A DNA stretch of 45,923 bases. It comes from a virus (taxonomy: Duplodnaviria > Caudoviricetes). Positions 1 through 9,423 of the stretch are shown here, one piece after another (the first letter of the stretch is position 1; each line of letters opens with the position of its first letter). The position numbers and the translations under genes were made by a program. The notes beneath the pieces were generated by a model. The model saw only the letters and a list, made by a program, of their open reading frames with translations. It made no database searches and was not told the DNA's origin. The DNA lies in the IMG/VR virus record IMGVR_UViG_3300028588_000788, positions 1 through 45,923 of that record; one strand, 5' to 3'.

Positions 1-1059
1 TCACTTCGTCGGCTTCACGGACTCGCCCGCGCGGCGATAAACCTTCTTCGTGATCTGCGTATCGGTGTGCCCGAGCAGGCTGCTTGCGTCGGCCAGACTT
101 GCCATTTCGCTGGCTGCTTTCGGCCGGATGTCGCGGAACTGGAACGCCTTGATGCGCTTCTCCAGGTCGGCCTTCCCCTTCTTTTTGGCGAGCGCCGCCG
201 CTGCCTTTCGGGCCGCATCGAAGCGGTCGCGCAGCATCTTCGCGGTGAGCGGTCGCCCATCTTCCGTGCAGATCAACTCGCCGCTCATCGACTTCACCTG
301 GCGCGCAAGGAGCTGGTCGACACATGAACCGAGCTCCGTCGGCAAGCCATCCACGTGCAGCCGGATCCGCAGCGTGTGCTGGGTCTTGTTCTGCCTCACG
401 TGCAACTCGTCGTTGCGGATGTCGCCCTTGTTCATCTTGAGCACGTCCGCTGGCCGCTGGCCCGACAGGTAGGCAAGGTTCATTGCGTCCCGCAGCGCCT
501 CGCTGCCCGCCTCAAGCACCGCATCCCAGACGTCGGCCTCGGCATAATAATCCCTGGGCTTTTCCTTGTTCTTCCGCACGCCTCGGCAAGGGTTGTCTTG
601 CTTGGTAAAGCCCCACTCGCGCGCCATGTTGAAGACGTGGGAGAAGAGGGCGATCTCGCGGTTCGCGCGCACCGGCGCCGACCTGGCGTCGCGGTAGCGG
701 GCGATATGTTGCGGCGTGATGGCATTGATCGCGACGCTGTCGAACACGGGTCGCAGCTGCGACAGGCAGAGCCGGTTTTCCCGCTGGGTCGACGGCTTCT
801 TCTTCGGCAGGATGTCGCGCTCGTACTGGTCGAAGGCATATTTCATGAGCGACGCGTCCGGCGGTACTTCCCTGCACTCGAGCTCGGCCCACTTCCGGAT
901 TGCGGCATGCAGATCGGTGCCGAGCGGGATCTCCTGGCGCTTCCCCTTCTCGTCCCGGCCGTTGTAGTAGTAGCCGGTCCAGGTCTCGCCCGACTTCAAT
1001 TTTCTTTTCCGCGCGAGCATGCGCGGCGGCAATTTCTTGCCGGTTGTTTTTGGGCGCAT
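1..1059 (-). CDS. int: Phage integrase (tyrosine recombinase)
   Basis: Catalytic motifs SGQRPADV, FRDIRPKAA and LLGH...T..VY; N-terminal arm-binding-like segment (YYYNGRD...EIPLG). Confidence 0.95.
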   Translation of the reverse strand: MRPKTTGKKLPPRMLARKRKLKSGETWTGYYYNGRDEKGKRQEIPLGTDLHAAIRKWAELECREVPPDASLMKYAFDQYERDILPKKKPSTQRENRLCLSQLRPVFDSVAINAITPQHIARYRDARSAPVRANREIALFSHVFNMAREWGFTKQDNPCRGVRKNKEKPRDYYAEADVWDAVLEAGSEALRDAMNLAYLSGQRPADVLKMNKGDIRNDELHVRQNKTQHTLRIRLHVDGLPTELGSCVDQLLARQVKSMSGELICTEDGRPLTAKMLRDRFDAARKAAAALAKKKGKADLEKRIKAFQFRDIRPKAASEMASLADASSLLGHTDTQITKKVYRRAGESVKPTK

Positions 1060-1070
1060 CGATTACCTAC

Positions 1071-1328
1071 TTATCGGACTTTGGAAAAGTCGGGCTGCCA
1101 GCCGCCGGCGTCGGGAGCCGCCAGCGTCGCCGGGTTGATGCCGGCCAGCTTCAGCCGCGCATACAGCCGGCCAATGACTGGCGCGCCGGCGCGGTTCTGG
1201 AAGAACACCCAGCCGTTCTTCTTGAGCCACTCTATCTGATCGCCGATCCGGCTGCAGCCGGCAATTTTGCTGACCTCGTCCGGCTCAAGGGTTTCCGAGG
1301 GCAGAGCCAATTCGAACATCGCGCTCAT
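1071..1328 (-). CDS. DUF4224-like putative excisionase
   Basis: 85 aa, directly upstream of int; L..DEV..IAG...QIEWL..NGW.F pattern. Confidence 0.7.
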   Translation of the reverse strand: MSAMFELALPSETLEPDEVSKIAGCSRIGDQIEWLKKNGWVFFQNRAGAPVIGRLYARLKLAGINPATLAAPDAGGWQPDFSKVR

Positions 1329-1419
1329 TGATTATTTTCCTTGCGGTAATTATTGCCTGGGGCCGGCTGCCACATCTGCAGCCACATCCACCATGTGATC
1401 TGTGCAAAGGCGAGGGGAC

Positions 1420-2067
1420 TCACGATTTGAGTTCTTGCTCAGCTTGGGCCATGGCCACGTTCAATTCCGACATCGCGGCGTCGCTGCCGTTAGCGCGGTC
1501 TGGGTGACGCTCACGCGCCAACCGGCGATAGCGGTCCTTCACGTCGTCCAGGCACACACTCCACCCTGCCGGGATCTCCAGCACGTCGCGCCATGTGCGC
1601 CGTCCTGTTGGCGCCGGCAGCGCCGTGAAGCCGGTAAATGCCCGGTCCAGAATCTGCGCACCGCCGTGTCGCTCGATCGCGCGCATCGCGTCCAGCGTCG
1701 CCGCGATCGCCGCCAGGTTCTCCTCGGCCTTGTGGTACTGGTCGATCGCCATTACCCGCCGATCGCCTTTCCGGGTCTGCCAGTAGACGGCAGCGCCGGC
1801 GTCGCGCGGCGCGGCCTGGCCGGAGCGCGGCAGCCCGTCGAGGCGCAACGTCAGGTTGGTCGAGATAACCACGTCCTGGCGGTCGACGCCCATGCGACCC
1901 AGCTCGGCCAGCACGCGCGATGTCGCCTCGGCTATCGTGATGTCGGCGCGGCTCTCCCATGCCTGTCCGTTGCGCCGCTTCACGGTGCCGAACTTGCCGG
2001 GCTTGAGGTTGCGGTAGTCCGTGCGCGGCCAGCCGGCGGGCCACTGCAGTGGGAATGCCGGGATCAC
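1420..2067 (-). CDS. Phage protein with C-terminal DnaJ J-domain
   Basis: WRDVLEI...VKDRYRRLARERHPDR...MSELN.A, with intact HPD motif. Confidence 0.85.
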   Translation of the reverse strand: MIPAFPLQWPAGWPRTDYRNLKPGKFGTVKRRNGQAWESRADITIAEATSRVLAELGRMGVDRQDVVISTNLTLRLDGLPRSGQAAPRDAGAAVYWQTRKGDRRVMAIDQYHKAEENLAAIAATLDAMRAIERHGGAQILDRAFTGFTALPAPTGRRTWRDVLEIPAGWSVCLDDVKDRYRRLARERHPDRANGSDAAMSELNVAMAQAEQELKS

Positions 2068-2492
2068 TTCGCGCCTCCCTTCTTGTCGTCATCCAGAGCA
2101 TGGGGAGCCGGCTGCGCGGTATTGCCAGGAGCAGGAGCGGCATAGACGATTCGGCGGCGCTCGGGCATGAAGGTGTGATACGCCGCTTCCGATGCGTCGT
2201 GCCAAACGCTGGTGCCTTTCTCGCTGTAATACTGAACCTGATAGATCGGAGCCACCGGCTGCTGTACGGCTGCCGCTTGCGCTTTGCGATCTGCTGCGAT
2301 GGCGGCGCGCCATGCTTCCCACATCAGCTGCTGGTTTTCCGGCCCATACTTCTCGGCATAGATGCCGTTGTGCATATCCCTCGTGGGCTGGCCCGTGCAA
2401 TGCTTCGTCGCGAACTTGCTGCGGTGCCATGCTTCAAACGCTGCGCGCTCGGCTTCAGCGCCCTTATCAGGGCATGGTTGGGTCGACATCAT
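2064..2492 (-). CDS. Hypothetical phage protein
   Basis: Overlaps both neighbours by 4 nt; ERAAFEAW...MWEAWRAA motif common in early-left genes. Confidence 0.7.
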   Translation of the reverse strand: MMSTQPCPDKGAEAERAAFEAWHRSKFATKHCTGQPTRDMHNGIYAEKYGPENQQLMWEAWRAAIAADRKAQAAAVQQPVAPIYQVQYYSEKGTSVWHDASEAAYHTFMPERRRIVYAAPAPGNTAQPAPHALDDDKKGGAK

Positions 2493-3652
2493 GCGCCCTC
2501 CGGTTTGGCGGTAGGGATAGCTGCGCGCTCTACGTCCTCATCCGGCTTCAAGAAGTCATTGGCCTTGGCTACCCACGACTTCCCATGCTCCAGGTACATC
2601 GAGAGCAGCAGGTATATGACGTGCGCCTGTTCGTACTCGGCTTTGCGCGGAATGTCGTCACCCATCTGGCGCAAGCGCTCAGCAATTCGGATGCAGGTGA
2701 AGTTCGGGCGGCCCAGAATGGTCACGAGGTCTTCGTTGATTTGAGGCAGCCAGCGCGCATCCTCCGCATCATCGGCTGGCTGCTCGACTGCCTGCGATAC
2801 TGGCGCTGCTGCGGCTGCAAGTGCAGAGGACCATGCGGCTCGCACATCATCGGCATCGCTGTACAGGTTGAAGCATAGAATCATTTCTGTGGTGGGCATC
2901 ACCGGCACAAGCACGAATTCGGCCGGCGCTGCTGGGCTCACGCTTGCCGTGGTATCCGCCTCGCCCGCGCTGGTGGTGGGTGTTCTGGTCGTTTTCATTA
3001 CCCAGCATTTCACATCCGCCAAGCGCACCAGCGTGCCGTGCGGGCTCGGATAGGTCATCAAGTCAGTCAGTTCGCCCGCCGATGGCTCGGTGGTATCCGC
3101 CTGTGCAGCTACAGGCGCAGCGAGAGCGGCGCGTCGGGCTTCCAATTCGTCTAACCGAAGGTCGCGGTCCTCATGCTCGGCCTGGCAAGCTCCGTCACGC
3201 CGGGCGCGGCAAGACCAGCCCGCGCCGTCTTTGAACCGACCGCAGTCGGCATTCGTACATTGCTCGTAGATGGTCTTCGCAACTACAGGCTGCGCAGCGA
3301 GGCGAGCCTGAGCGATCAGGGCGAGAATGGCGGCGGGGTTGGCAGCCGCAATAAATTGCGCGTCGCGCTTCGCCAGCTCGTCCCATGCATAGAACACATC
3401 GCCGTCGGTGTCAGTTGCGATCATGCTGTCGTCGCGGTTCAGGCTGTCGAACATCGGGCGTCCCTTGCTATCGACAACGGCATAGGCGTCGAAGCCATGC
3501 CCGCCATCTTCGTCGGTGCCGTATTCGCCTTCGGAGCGGACGGTTTCCGTGTCCCACGGGCCGTCCGTCGCCGCGCGCGCCAGTGCCTCCAGCTTGTCCA
3601 GTTCAACCGCTGATAGCGGGGCGATGGCTGGGGTGTTGGTGGTGTTGGTCAT
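2489..3652 (-). CDS. Ead/Ea22-like mosaic early protein
   Basis: LEALARAAT.GPW ... DAQFIAAANPAAILALI signature. Confidence 0.75.
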   Translation of the reverse strand: MTNTTNTPAIAPLSAVELDKLEALARAATDGPWDTETVRSEGEYGTDEDGGHGFDAYAVVDSKGRPMFDSLNRDDSMIATDTDGDVFYAWDELAKRDAQFIAAANPAAILALIAQARLAAQPVVAKTIYEQCTNADCGRFKDGAGWSCRARRDGACQAEHEDRDLRLDELEARRAALAAPVAAQADTTEPSAGELTDLMTYPSPHGTLVRLADVKCWVMKTTRTPTTSAGEADTTASVSPAAPAEFVLVPVMPTTEMILCFNLYSDADDVRAAWSSALAAAAAPVSQAVEQPADDAEDARWLPQINEDLVTILGRPNFTCIRIAERLRQMGDDIPRKAEYEQAHVIYLLLSMYLEHGKSWVAKANDFLKPDEDVERAAIPTAKPEGA

Positions 3653-3662
3653 GGTTCAGTCC

Positions 3663-4043
3663 TTATGACCGGTTATCGGTGCCGCAGTTCGGGCAATTGT
3701 CGAGGTAGCGCTGGGTGCCACCCATGAACTGCCCGCAGCCTACGCAGTTGATGACGTCGGGCCGCTTCGGCTTCGGTTTCGTGAGTTCGATGCCGGTGCC
3801 GGCCAGCGCCTCGGCCCGCTTCACATACTGCATGTCGACCGCCGGCCGCGCGTGCGCATCGATGTAGTCCTTCGGCCACGGGATGTCGGTCTCGCGGGAC
3901 CTGTGCCGCGTGATTGCGCCTTCCTTGGTGAAGACTTCGGCGCGGCGCATGTCAGTCGTGTAGCCCCCGCCGTCCTTCGCCCAGAACAGCATGTCGTTGC
4001 CGACGTAGCTGCGGCTGTCTTGCAGGTAGAAGAGGTCAGCCAT
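3663..4043 (-). CDS. Hypothetical phage protein with C-terminal Zn ribbon
   Basis: Probable start MADLFYLQDSR at 4043, overlapping the upstream gene; CVGC...CPNC. Confidence 0.75.
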   Translation of the reverse strand: MADLFYLQDSRSYVGNDMLFWAKDGGGYTTDMRRAEVFTKEGAITRHRSRETDIPWPKDYIDAHARPAVDMQYVKRAEALAGTGIELTKPKPKRPDVINCVGCGQFMGGTQRYLDNCPNCGTDNRS

Positions 4044-4869
4044 GGCTCGCCCCATCAGTGGCGGCCTGATCGCCTTCCTTGCTGGCGGCCGGGGCTGCGG
4101 GCAGCGGCATCCAGTGCGTCGGCGTGAAGCGCAGATCGTCTTCGGTGTCGTTCGACATCCAGTCGCCATGGAAGAGTCCGGCAACAGCGAAGTGGTCACC
4201 GAATCCCGGCACTAAGGCGTGCACGATGACATCAACTTCAGCTTCTGGCAGGCGATCCTCGAAGCTGATCCACTGCGGCACCTCGGATGGATTGAGTGCT
4301 GGAGCGGTGAGAAGTTTGCGGATTGCGGCTGCTGCATTCACAGACACCAGCATCAAGCCTTCGTTTTCATCCTCGATTCGGTCGCATAAGGCTTCAAGGC
4401 CCCGACGTTCGATTTCCGTGATGCCGCCCTTCGCGGCATCCGCCGTGCTCTGCGCCACTGGAGCGGCGACACACGTTGAGGGCCAAATGCAGTTTTCCCA
4501 TTTGCCCGGTTGGTATTCGCGCATCGGGTTGCCGAGAATGTCGATGGCGAACCATGCGTGCTTTCCATCGGCACCCGCCGTGCTCGGGTTATCTGCCGAT
4601 GCAGGGGCGGCGAGTTTGCGCTCGCCGATCAGGACTGCCAGCAGGGCGGCATGGACAGTGCCGGCATCCTTGACCGTCTCGCCGTTGTAGGTGATGCCGT
4701 CCTTGGTAATGAGCAGGCCGTGCATCACGATTTCGGGTGTGAGGACGGGAGCGGCGGCGATGGTGCCGACAAGTGCAGCGCCGGCCGGGATAGCGTAGCC
4801 CGACTCGCCCCACTGCAGCTGGCCCGGCGCCCGCTTATCGTCAGCCCGGCGGTTCTGTGCGTTATCCAT
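4036..4869 (-). CDS. DUF551-domain protein
   Basis: C-terminal WISFEDRLPE ... THWMPLPAAP. Confidence 0.8.
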   Translation of the reverse strand: MDNAQNRRADDKRAPGQLQWGESGYAIPAGAALVGTIAAAPVLTPEIVMHGLLITKDGITYNGETVKDAGTVHAALLAVLIGERKLAAPASADNPSTAGADGKHAWFAIDILGNPMREYQPGKWENCIWPSTCVAAPVAQSTADAAKGGITEIERRGLEALCDRIEDENEGLMLVSVNAAAAIRKLLTAPALNPSEVPQWISFEDRLPEAEVDVIVHALVPGFGDHFAVAGLFHGDWMSNDTEDDLRFTPTHWMPLPAAPAASKEGDQAATDGASHG

Positions 4870-5077
4870 TTTGCGTTTTCTCCGTCTGGTCGTCGTTTGC
4901 AGCCGGCTGGGTGGCCGCTTCCTTGGCTGCCGCGAGGGCTGCCTCTTTCCGATCCTGGGCTTCGATGTTGCCTGCGCGCCGGGTTGCGGCCGCGATGTCG
5001 CGCTCGATCGCGTCGTCGATGCGGCTGCGGCGCGAAACCGGCGCGGCGGGGAAGGGGTTGTAGGCGCGGCGCTTCAT
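4862..5077 (-). CDS. Small hypothetical protein
   Basis: ATG at 5077 overlaps the rdgC stop (MKRRAYNPF...). Confidence 0.55.
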   Translation of the reverse strand: MKRRAYNPFPAAPVSRRSRIDDAIERDIAAATRRAGNIEAQDRKEAALAAAKEAATQPAANDDQTEKTQNG

Positions 5078-5973
5078 GCTTTGGCCTCGCCGCCCAGGGC
5101 TTCGACCAGGTCGGCCAGCATCTTGGCCAGCTCGCCAGTCATCAGCATGATGTCGTTGTCGAAACGCTCGTCGTCGCTGTAGGTGATGGTTTCGCCTTCC
5201 TTGATGACGTCGAGCGGGCGCACCGACTTGATCGCCAGCTGTTCGGTCAGGACGAACGAGATCCGGCTGTTCCAGGTCATGGCCAGGCGGGTGCACTGCT
5301 TGCCGCCCGCGATGTGGCGGCCGACGTCTTCCGGATCCAGCGAGTGCTTCACGTAGCGGACCGCCGCCTTGCCCTCACCGCGTGCGCGGAGCTCCGTGTC
5401 CTGGTCGATCGTGAAATTGTGCGGGGCCTCGTCCAGTTCCAGCCAGCCGGTCATCATGGCCACCGGCGAACTTTGCAGCTGCACCGATTCCAGCGGCATC
5501 TTGTCGACTGCCTTCAGCAGCAGCTTGATGACGTCGTCGGCCTTGTTCGGGCTCGCCGCGTCGACCACCAGCCAGCCGTTGACCGGGTCGATCCAGGCCC
5601 AGGTGTTGCCGCGGATCGAGAATGCGCGCGGCAGCAGTTCGTCGGCCACGCGCTCCTTCAGTTCTTTCATCGCCTTTTTGCCCGGCGGGAAGCCCTGCTG
5701 CTCTTCCAGCTCGGCAGCCTTGGCCTTGGCGACCTGGTTGATGACCGAGCTCGGCAGCAGCTTTTTCTCGGTCACCAGCTGCAGCAGGAACTGGCCGTTG
5801 ACCGTGTGCACGAGCGGCGCACCGTCGCCGCGCGGCGCGGCCCAACCCTGGCGCAGCAGTTCGCTGCTCGACGCCGGCGTGAAGGCCTGGGAGGCGAGGG
5901 CGGCAGCCAGTTCGTCGGCCGTGATGGCCCAGCCGCGGGGCAGGCGATAAATCTGAAGGTTCTTGAACCACAT
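5074..5973 (-). CDS. rdgC: Recombination-associated protein RdgC
   Basis: [12 protein letters not shown]-terminus; EKKLLP..V, ELLPRAF, LAMTW..RISFVL; 299 aa. Confidence 0.95.
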   Translation of the reverse strand: MWFKNLQIYRLPRGWAITADELAAALASQAFTPASSSELLRQGWAAPRGDGAPLVHTVNGQFLLQLVTEKKLLPSSVINQVAKAKAAELEEQQGFPPGKKAMKELKERVADELLPRAFSIRGNTWAWIDPVNGWLVVDAASPNKADDVIKLLLKAVDKMPLESVQLQSSPVAMMTGWLELDEAPHNFTIDQDTELRARGEGKAAVRYVKHSLDPEDVGRHIAGGKQCTRLAMTWNSRISFVLTEQLAIKSVRPLDVIKEGETITYSDDERFDNDIMLMTGELAKMLADLVEALGGEAKA

Positions 5974-5996
5974 CTCTTGGATTCCTTGTGTTGTCG

Positions 5997-6122
5997 TTAT
6001 TGGCGCGCGTCGAGCTGCAGCTCTGCATGCTCGAGCGTGTATTCGTCCAGGCGCTGCACTTCTGCCAGCAGGCCCAGGAACAGGACGGCGCCCAGCAGCG
6101 CGGCGATGGTCCGGCGGATCAT
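5997..6122 (-). CDS. Small membrane protein (41 aa)
   Basis: [19 protein letters not shown]...; overlaps the upstream stop (ATGA). Confidence 0.55.
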   Translation of the reverse strand: MIRRTIAALLGAVLFLGLLAEVQRLDEYTLEHAELQLDARQ

Positions 6123-6232
6123 TGCGCCCACCGGGTGGCCACCAGGATGATCGCCTCCACCACGCCCAGGATCATCAGGCCGGCCAGCTTGACCTTGGCG
6201 ACCGCGATTTCCCGCTCGGTTACGCGGGTCAC
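6119..6232 (-). CDS. Small membrane protein (37 aa, not in ORF track)
   Basis: Own translation [37 protein letters not shown]; 4-nt overlaps on both sides. Confidence 0.5.
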   Translation of the reverse strand: MTRVTEREIAVAKVKLAGLMILGVVEAIILVATRWAQ

Positions 6233-6381
6233 AGCAGCTTCTCCCGGCCGGCGGAGATCGCGGTGACGCCCAGGGCCCCGGCGTCATACTCGGCATCCAT
6301 CAGCGCGTCGCGGTTGCCGATGGCGGTATAGGTGCGCGGCTTGGCGCCGGCGCTGTCGATCACGGTGATGCGGAAGGCCAT
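6229..6381 (-). CDS. Small hypothetical protein (50 aa, not in ORF track)
   Basis: MAFRITVIDSAGAKPRTYTAIG...; AGGAG Shine-Dalgarno upstream. Confidence 0.6.
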   Translation of the reverse strand: MAFRITVIDSAGAKPRTYTAIGNRDALMDAEYDAGALGVTAISAGREKLL

Positions 6382-6468
6382 GCTGTTCTCCTGGACGTGT
6401 GGTTGTCGGGTACCGCTTCAGTGCCAAAGCCCGGTCATGCCGGGCGTGTAAGGTGGAGGCTGCGGCGT

Positions 6469-6606
6469 TCAGGTCGAGCCAAACCAGCTGGCGACATGGC
6501 GCCGAGCCGCATCCAGCATTGCTGCGCCGGTGCCGTAGGTCTTGCCGCACCAGAAGCCGCCGACGAAGACGACGATGAAGAAAATGAACAAAATGAGGTC
6601 GAGCAT
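6469..6606 (-). CDS. Small single-TM protein (45 aa, not in ORF track)
   Basis: MLDLILFIFFIVVFVGGFWCGKTYG...; GGAG SD upstream. Confidence 0.6.
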   Translation of the reverse strand: MLDLILFIFFIVVFVGGFWCGKTYGTGAAMLDAARRHVASWFGST

Positions 6607-6659
6607 GTGGTCTCCGATACGCCAAGGCCCGCAGGCCCTGGCATTCACGAGTAAGTGGA

Positions 6660-7268
6660 TTAGTCGTTGATGGCTGCGACGATCAGGTCGGCCGTCGTCG
6701 CGAACTGCTCGGCTTCGTCCATGGTCTTTGCGTCGACGATGTCGAACTTGGCCGACTTCAGGTTGTCGTCCAGCTCGCGCAGGTACGACGTGGCGGCGGA
6801 ATCGCGCCCGACCTGGACGAACAGGATGGTCAGCGCATCGTCGGTTTCCTGCAGGTGCGACTGGTCGATGATGGCTTTCGCGGCCGATGCCTTGTCGTCC
6901 GGGACGCCGTCCGTGAAGACGATGATGAAGTCCTTCTTGTCCGACTTGCCGGCCAGCTTGAACGCAGCCTGCAGAGCTTCGGTCAGGGGCGTGCTGCCGC
7001 GCGGCGAGCGAGTCGCGAACACTTCCTTGACCTTGTCGGCAGTGACGCCTTCGTAGGTCGAGACGGTCTGGCCGCCGAAGGTGACCACGTCGATGCCGTC
7101 GCTGTCGAGCTTGCTGAGATCGCGAGCGAATGCGGTTGCCGTCTCCTGCATGTAATCCCAGCGCGAGCGGCCGCCGGGCATGTCGGTCTCGCCCATGGAG
7201 CCGGAGGCGTCGACGACCACGATGAAGTCGAACTCGGACAGTTGCGCGATTGCGTTTTCGTTACTCAT
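6660..7268 (-). CDS. Stand-alone von Willebrand factor A (vWA) domain protein
   Basis: MIDAS motif VVVDASGSM, GSTPL, FIIVFTDGVP, FVQVG. Confidence 0.9.
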   Translation of the reverse strand: MSNENAIAQLSEFDFIVVVDASGSMGETDMPGGRSRWDYMQETATAFARDLSKLDSDGIDVVTFGGQTVSTYEGVTADKVKEVFATRSPRGSTPLTEALQAAFKLAGKSDKKDFIIVFTDGVPDDKASAAKAIIDQSHLQETDDALTILFVQVGRDSAATSYLRELDDNLKSAKFDIVDAKTMDEAEQFATTADLIVAAIND

Positions 7269-7361
7269 AGTTGTTTGCCTTTTATGATCGCGGTCTTTAA
7301 TCGGGGCCGCGGTTCCCTTGCACTGGCGCCGTGCCGGCGGCTCGATATCGAGCGATAGGGG

Positions 7362-7790
7362 TTACTGGTCGCGCGCTTCGGTAAATGCCTTGGTCGCAGC
7401 GCGCACCAGGGCAGCCATCACGGCAGCGTCGACGCTCGGGTGATCGTGGTAGGCCTCGGCGACACCGCGGCGCTCGCCGGCGACAGCAACCGAGACGGAG
7501 CCCTCATCGGTGTCGTGGCGGATCTCCAGGCCCAGCTCGCCGATCAGCGGGCCGGCTGCCGCCCAGCTGCGCCGCCAGCGCGGCAGGGGAGTGGCGCCCA
7601 GCGTGTGGCGTGCGGCACCGGCGCTGACCAGGCCCTGGCCGCGCGGCGGGTCCGGGTACAGGTCGGTCATCATCGTGATCAGGCTCGGCATCGAGACGCG
7701 GCGGCGCATCTTGGCCTTGGCCAGCTCGATCTCGTCCTTGATGGCGGCGCGCAGGTAGGCGTCGGTCCAGGGTTTCGGTGCTGCGTTCAT
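7362..7790 (-). CDS. Hypothetical protein, possibly NinX/ABA-sandwich-like
   Basis: Probable start 7790 overlapping the upstream stop; WAAAGPLI..LGLEI...AAVMAALV pattern. Confidence 0.55.
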   Translation of the reverse strand: MNAAPKPWTDAYLRAAIKDEIELAKAKMRRRVSMPSLITMMTDLYPDPPRGQGLVSAGAARHTLGATPLPRWRRSWAAAGPLIGELGLEIRHDTDEGSVSVAVAGERRGVAEAYHDHPSVDAAVMAALVRAATKAFTEARDQ

Positions 7791-8056
7791 TCCGGCTTTT
7801 CCTTGTTGCTGTCTGCTGCGTCGAGCAGCGGGTTTTCTTCGTGGATCACTCGCGACTGGAAGTCGTTGATCAGCGTCTGCACCTCCGAATCGTGAGTGCC
7901 CAGCTTGACCTGGAGCCCGGTCAGGAAGGCATTCAGGCGATCCCACTTGCGCTCGTAGTACCCGCGCTTACGCGGCCGCTGCTGGTCCACCACGTCCTGC
8001 TCGTCGGCGTACTGGATGGCATTCGCGATCGCCTCACGCAATTGCTGCTTGTTCAT
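7787..8056 (-). CDS. Hypothetical protein
   Basis: 89 aa, GGAG SD, part of the coupled early-left operon. Confidence 0.65.
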   Translation of the reverse strand: MNKQQLREAIANAIQYADEQDVVDQQRPRKRGYYERKWDRLNAFLTGLQVKLGTHDSEVQTLINDFQSRVIHEENPLLDAADSNKEKPE

Positions 8057-8242
8057 GTCAAAAGCTCCAAATCAAGTTCCACATCCCGATCGCCCCAACT
8101 GCCAGGCTGGCTGCGGCCCAGATGCCGACAAACCAGTCAGCGGCGGTGCAGCGGTTTCGCGTCTTGTTGCGCGAGGTGTTCTTCCTGCGGTCCTGCAAGT
8201 TGCTTCTCTTGTGCGCCCGGTGGAGTGGGCGCGGGGGTTGTG

Positions 8243-8653
8243 TTACACCCCAACGGCGATCACGCCAGATCGGTTGCCGCCGGCAACTGCGACTTTTTTC
8301 GCTGCGCTCATATCGGGCATCTCGATCACCTGGTGCTCGACAGCATCCTCGGGCTCGTTGTCGCAAGCAAAGTACTCACCGCCGAAGCAGGAGCCCATCG
8401 TTTTGCCGTCGAAGTGCCAATACGAGTAGTCGGTCGTGCCACTGTCGTTCCAGGGCCACGGCCAGCCATGCTCCGGCAGGGTGACGTCGTTACGAGTGGC
8501 GAAGAAGCTGCTAACCGCCGCGCGGTACGACGCTTCGTCGGCCGCTGCTCGCACCGCCTCACTGATCCCGCACGGGTAGCCGTCCCAGCCGATGCTGCCG
8601 AGCCATTCGGCATCCTTGCCTTTGCCCACGTAAAAATCTGCACGAGTTCCCAT
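8243..8653 (-). CDS. Hypothetical phage protein
   Basis: MGTRADFYVG...WDGYP...GWPWPW; AGGAG SD. Confidence 0.75.
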   Translation of the reverse strand: MGTRADFYVGKGKDAEWLGSIGWDGYPCGISEAVRAAADEASYRAAVSSFFATRNDVTLPEHGWPWPWNDSGTTDYSYWHFDGKTMGSCFGGEYFACDNEPEDAVEHQVIEMPDMSAAKKVAVAGGNRSGVIAVGV

Positions 8654-8698
8654 TCCGATCTCCTGTTTGCGCCGCGTCCAATGCGCCGCCTGCTTTCG

Positions 8699-8854
8699 TT
8701 ACCGAGGCTGTTTCGCCTCGCGCTCTGCCTCAACCAATTTCCAGCCCAACTGGCGCCGAATTTCTTCCAGGCTCGGCGGCGGCCTGTTCTCTTCCTGGCG
8801 CTGGTGCATCCAGCTGCGCACCACTTGTCGGTCGGGCTTGCTGGTTTGCGGCAT
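8699..8854 (-). CDS. Small hypothetical protein, first gene after pL
   Basis: MPQTSKPDRQVVRSWM...PPPSLEEIRRQLGW; just downstream of the left operators. Confidence 0.6.
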   Translation of the reverse strand: MPQTSKPDRQVVRSWMHQRQEENRPPPSLEEIRRQLGWKLVEAEREAKQPR

Positions 8855-8890
8855 CGCTGGGTCCTGGTTGAGTTCGCTGCGTTGGATCAA

Positions 8891-8931
8891 GTATATAATA
8901 CCTATACAAAAAAAGTAAAGAAAAACTATAC
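8891..8931. promoter_or_regulatory. Left operators OL (two 17-bp sites) in the AT-rich pL region
   Basis: GTATAT-AATAC-CTATAC (8891-8907) and GTAAAG-AAAAA-CTATAC (8915-8931) match GTATAG-N5-CTATAC. Confidence 0.85.
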
Positions 8932-8989
8932 AAAATATTTGTGCGTGTTTAGAATTCGTTTTGTCAGCCGAGTTCGGTTGACCGCCTTA

Positions 8990-9400
8990 CCTGCAGAAAA
9001 CACACAGGGGTAGGGGGAAAGGTGAGACTGCGACCTGGTGAAAGAAACGGGGGGGCAAGGGTGAGACTCACACAGGGTGGCGAAGAGAGAGCCCTGTACC
9101 CGAAAGTCTGTCGGATGGTGCCTCGGGCGCGCACGCGCTTGTCGAGCTAACACCTGAAGGAAGCGACCACGCACGCGCTCGCGTTCGCACGCGTATTAGT
9201 TAAAGCTTGGGGGCTGGGGGCTAGAGAAAAAGAAAAGCTAACAAGCAGGAAATAAAAACCGGCAAGCGCAAGCTTGCCAGCATTACGAAGTAATGCGGCC
9301 GCAAGCGAAGCGCGCAGCGAAGCGGAGGCAGTAGAAGCGTGATTGATTAGGTAACAGATGCGTTATCTAAATTCTGAGCATGAGTTATCTAATACGCGCG
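8990..9400. other. Purine-rich structured non-coding region, candidate replication origin
   Basis: G-tracts, short direct repeats and hairpins; no credible ORF. Confidence 0.35.
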
Positions 9401-9423
9401 AGGGCGCAGGAAGGCTGGAGGCG

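Noticed and set aside
8058-8366. ORF with a hydrophobic C-terminus between two early genes
   Set aside because: No convincing start or SD, and it overlaps the upstream gene; left uncalled
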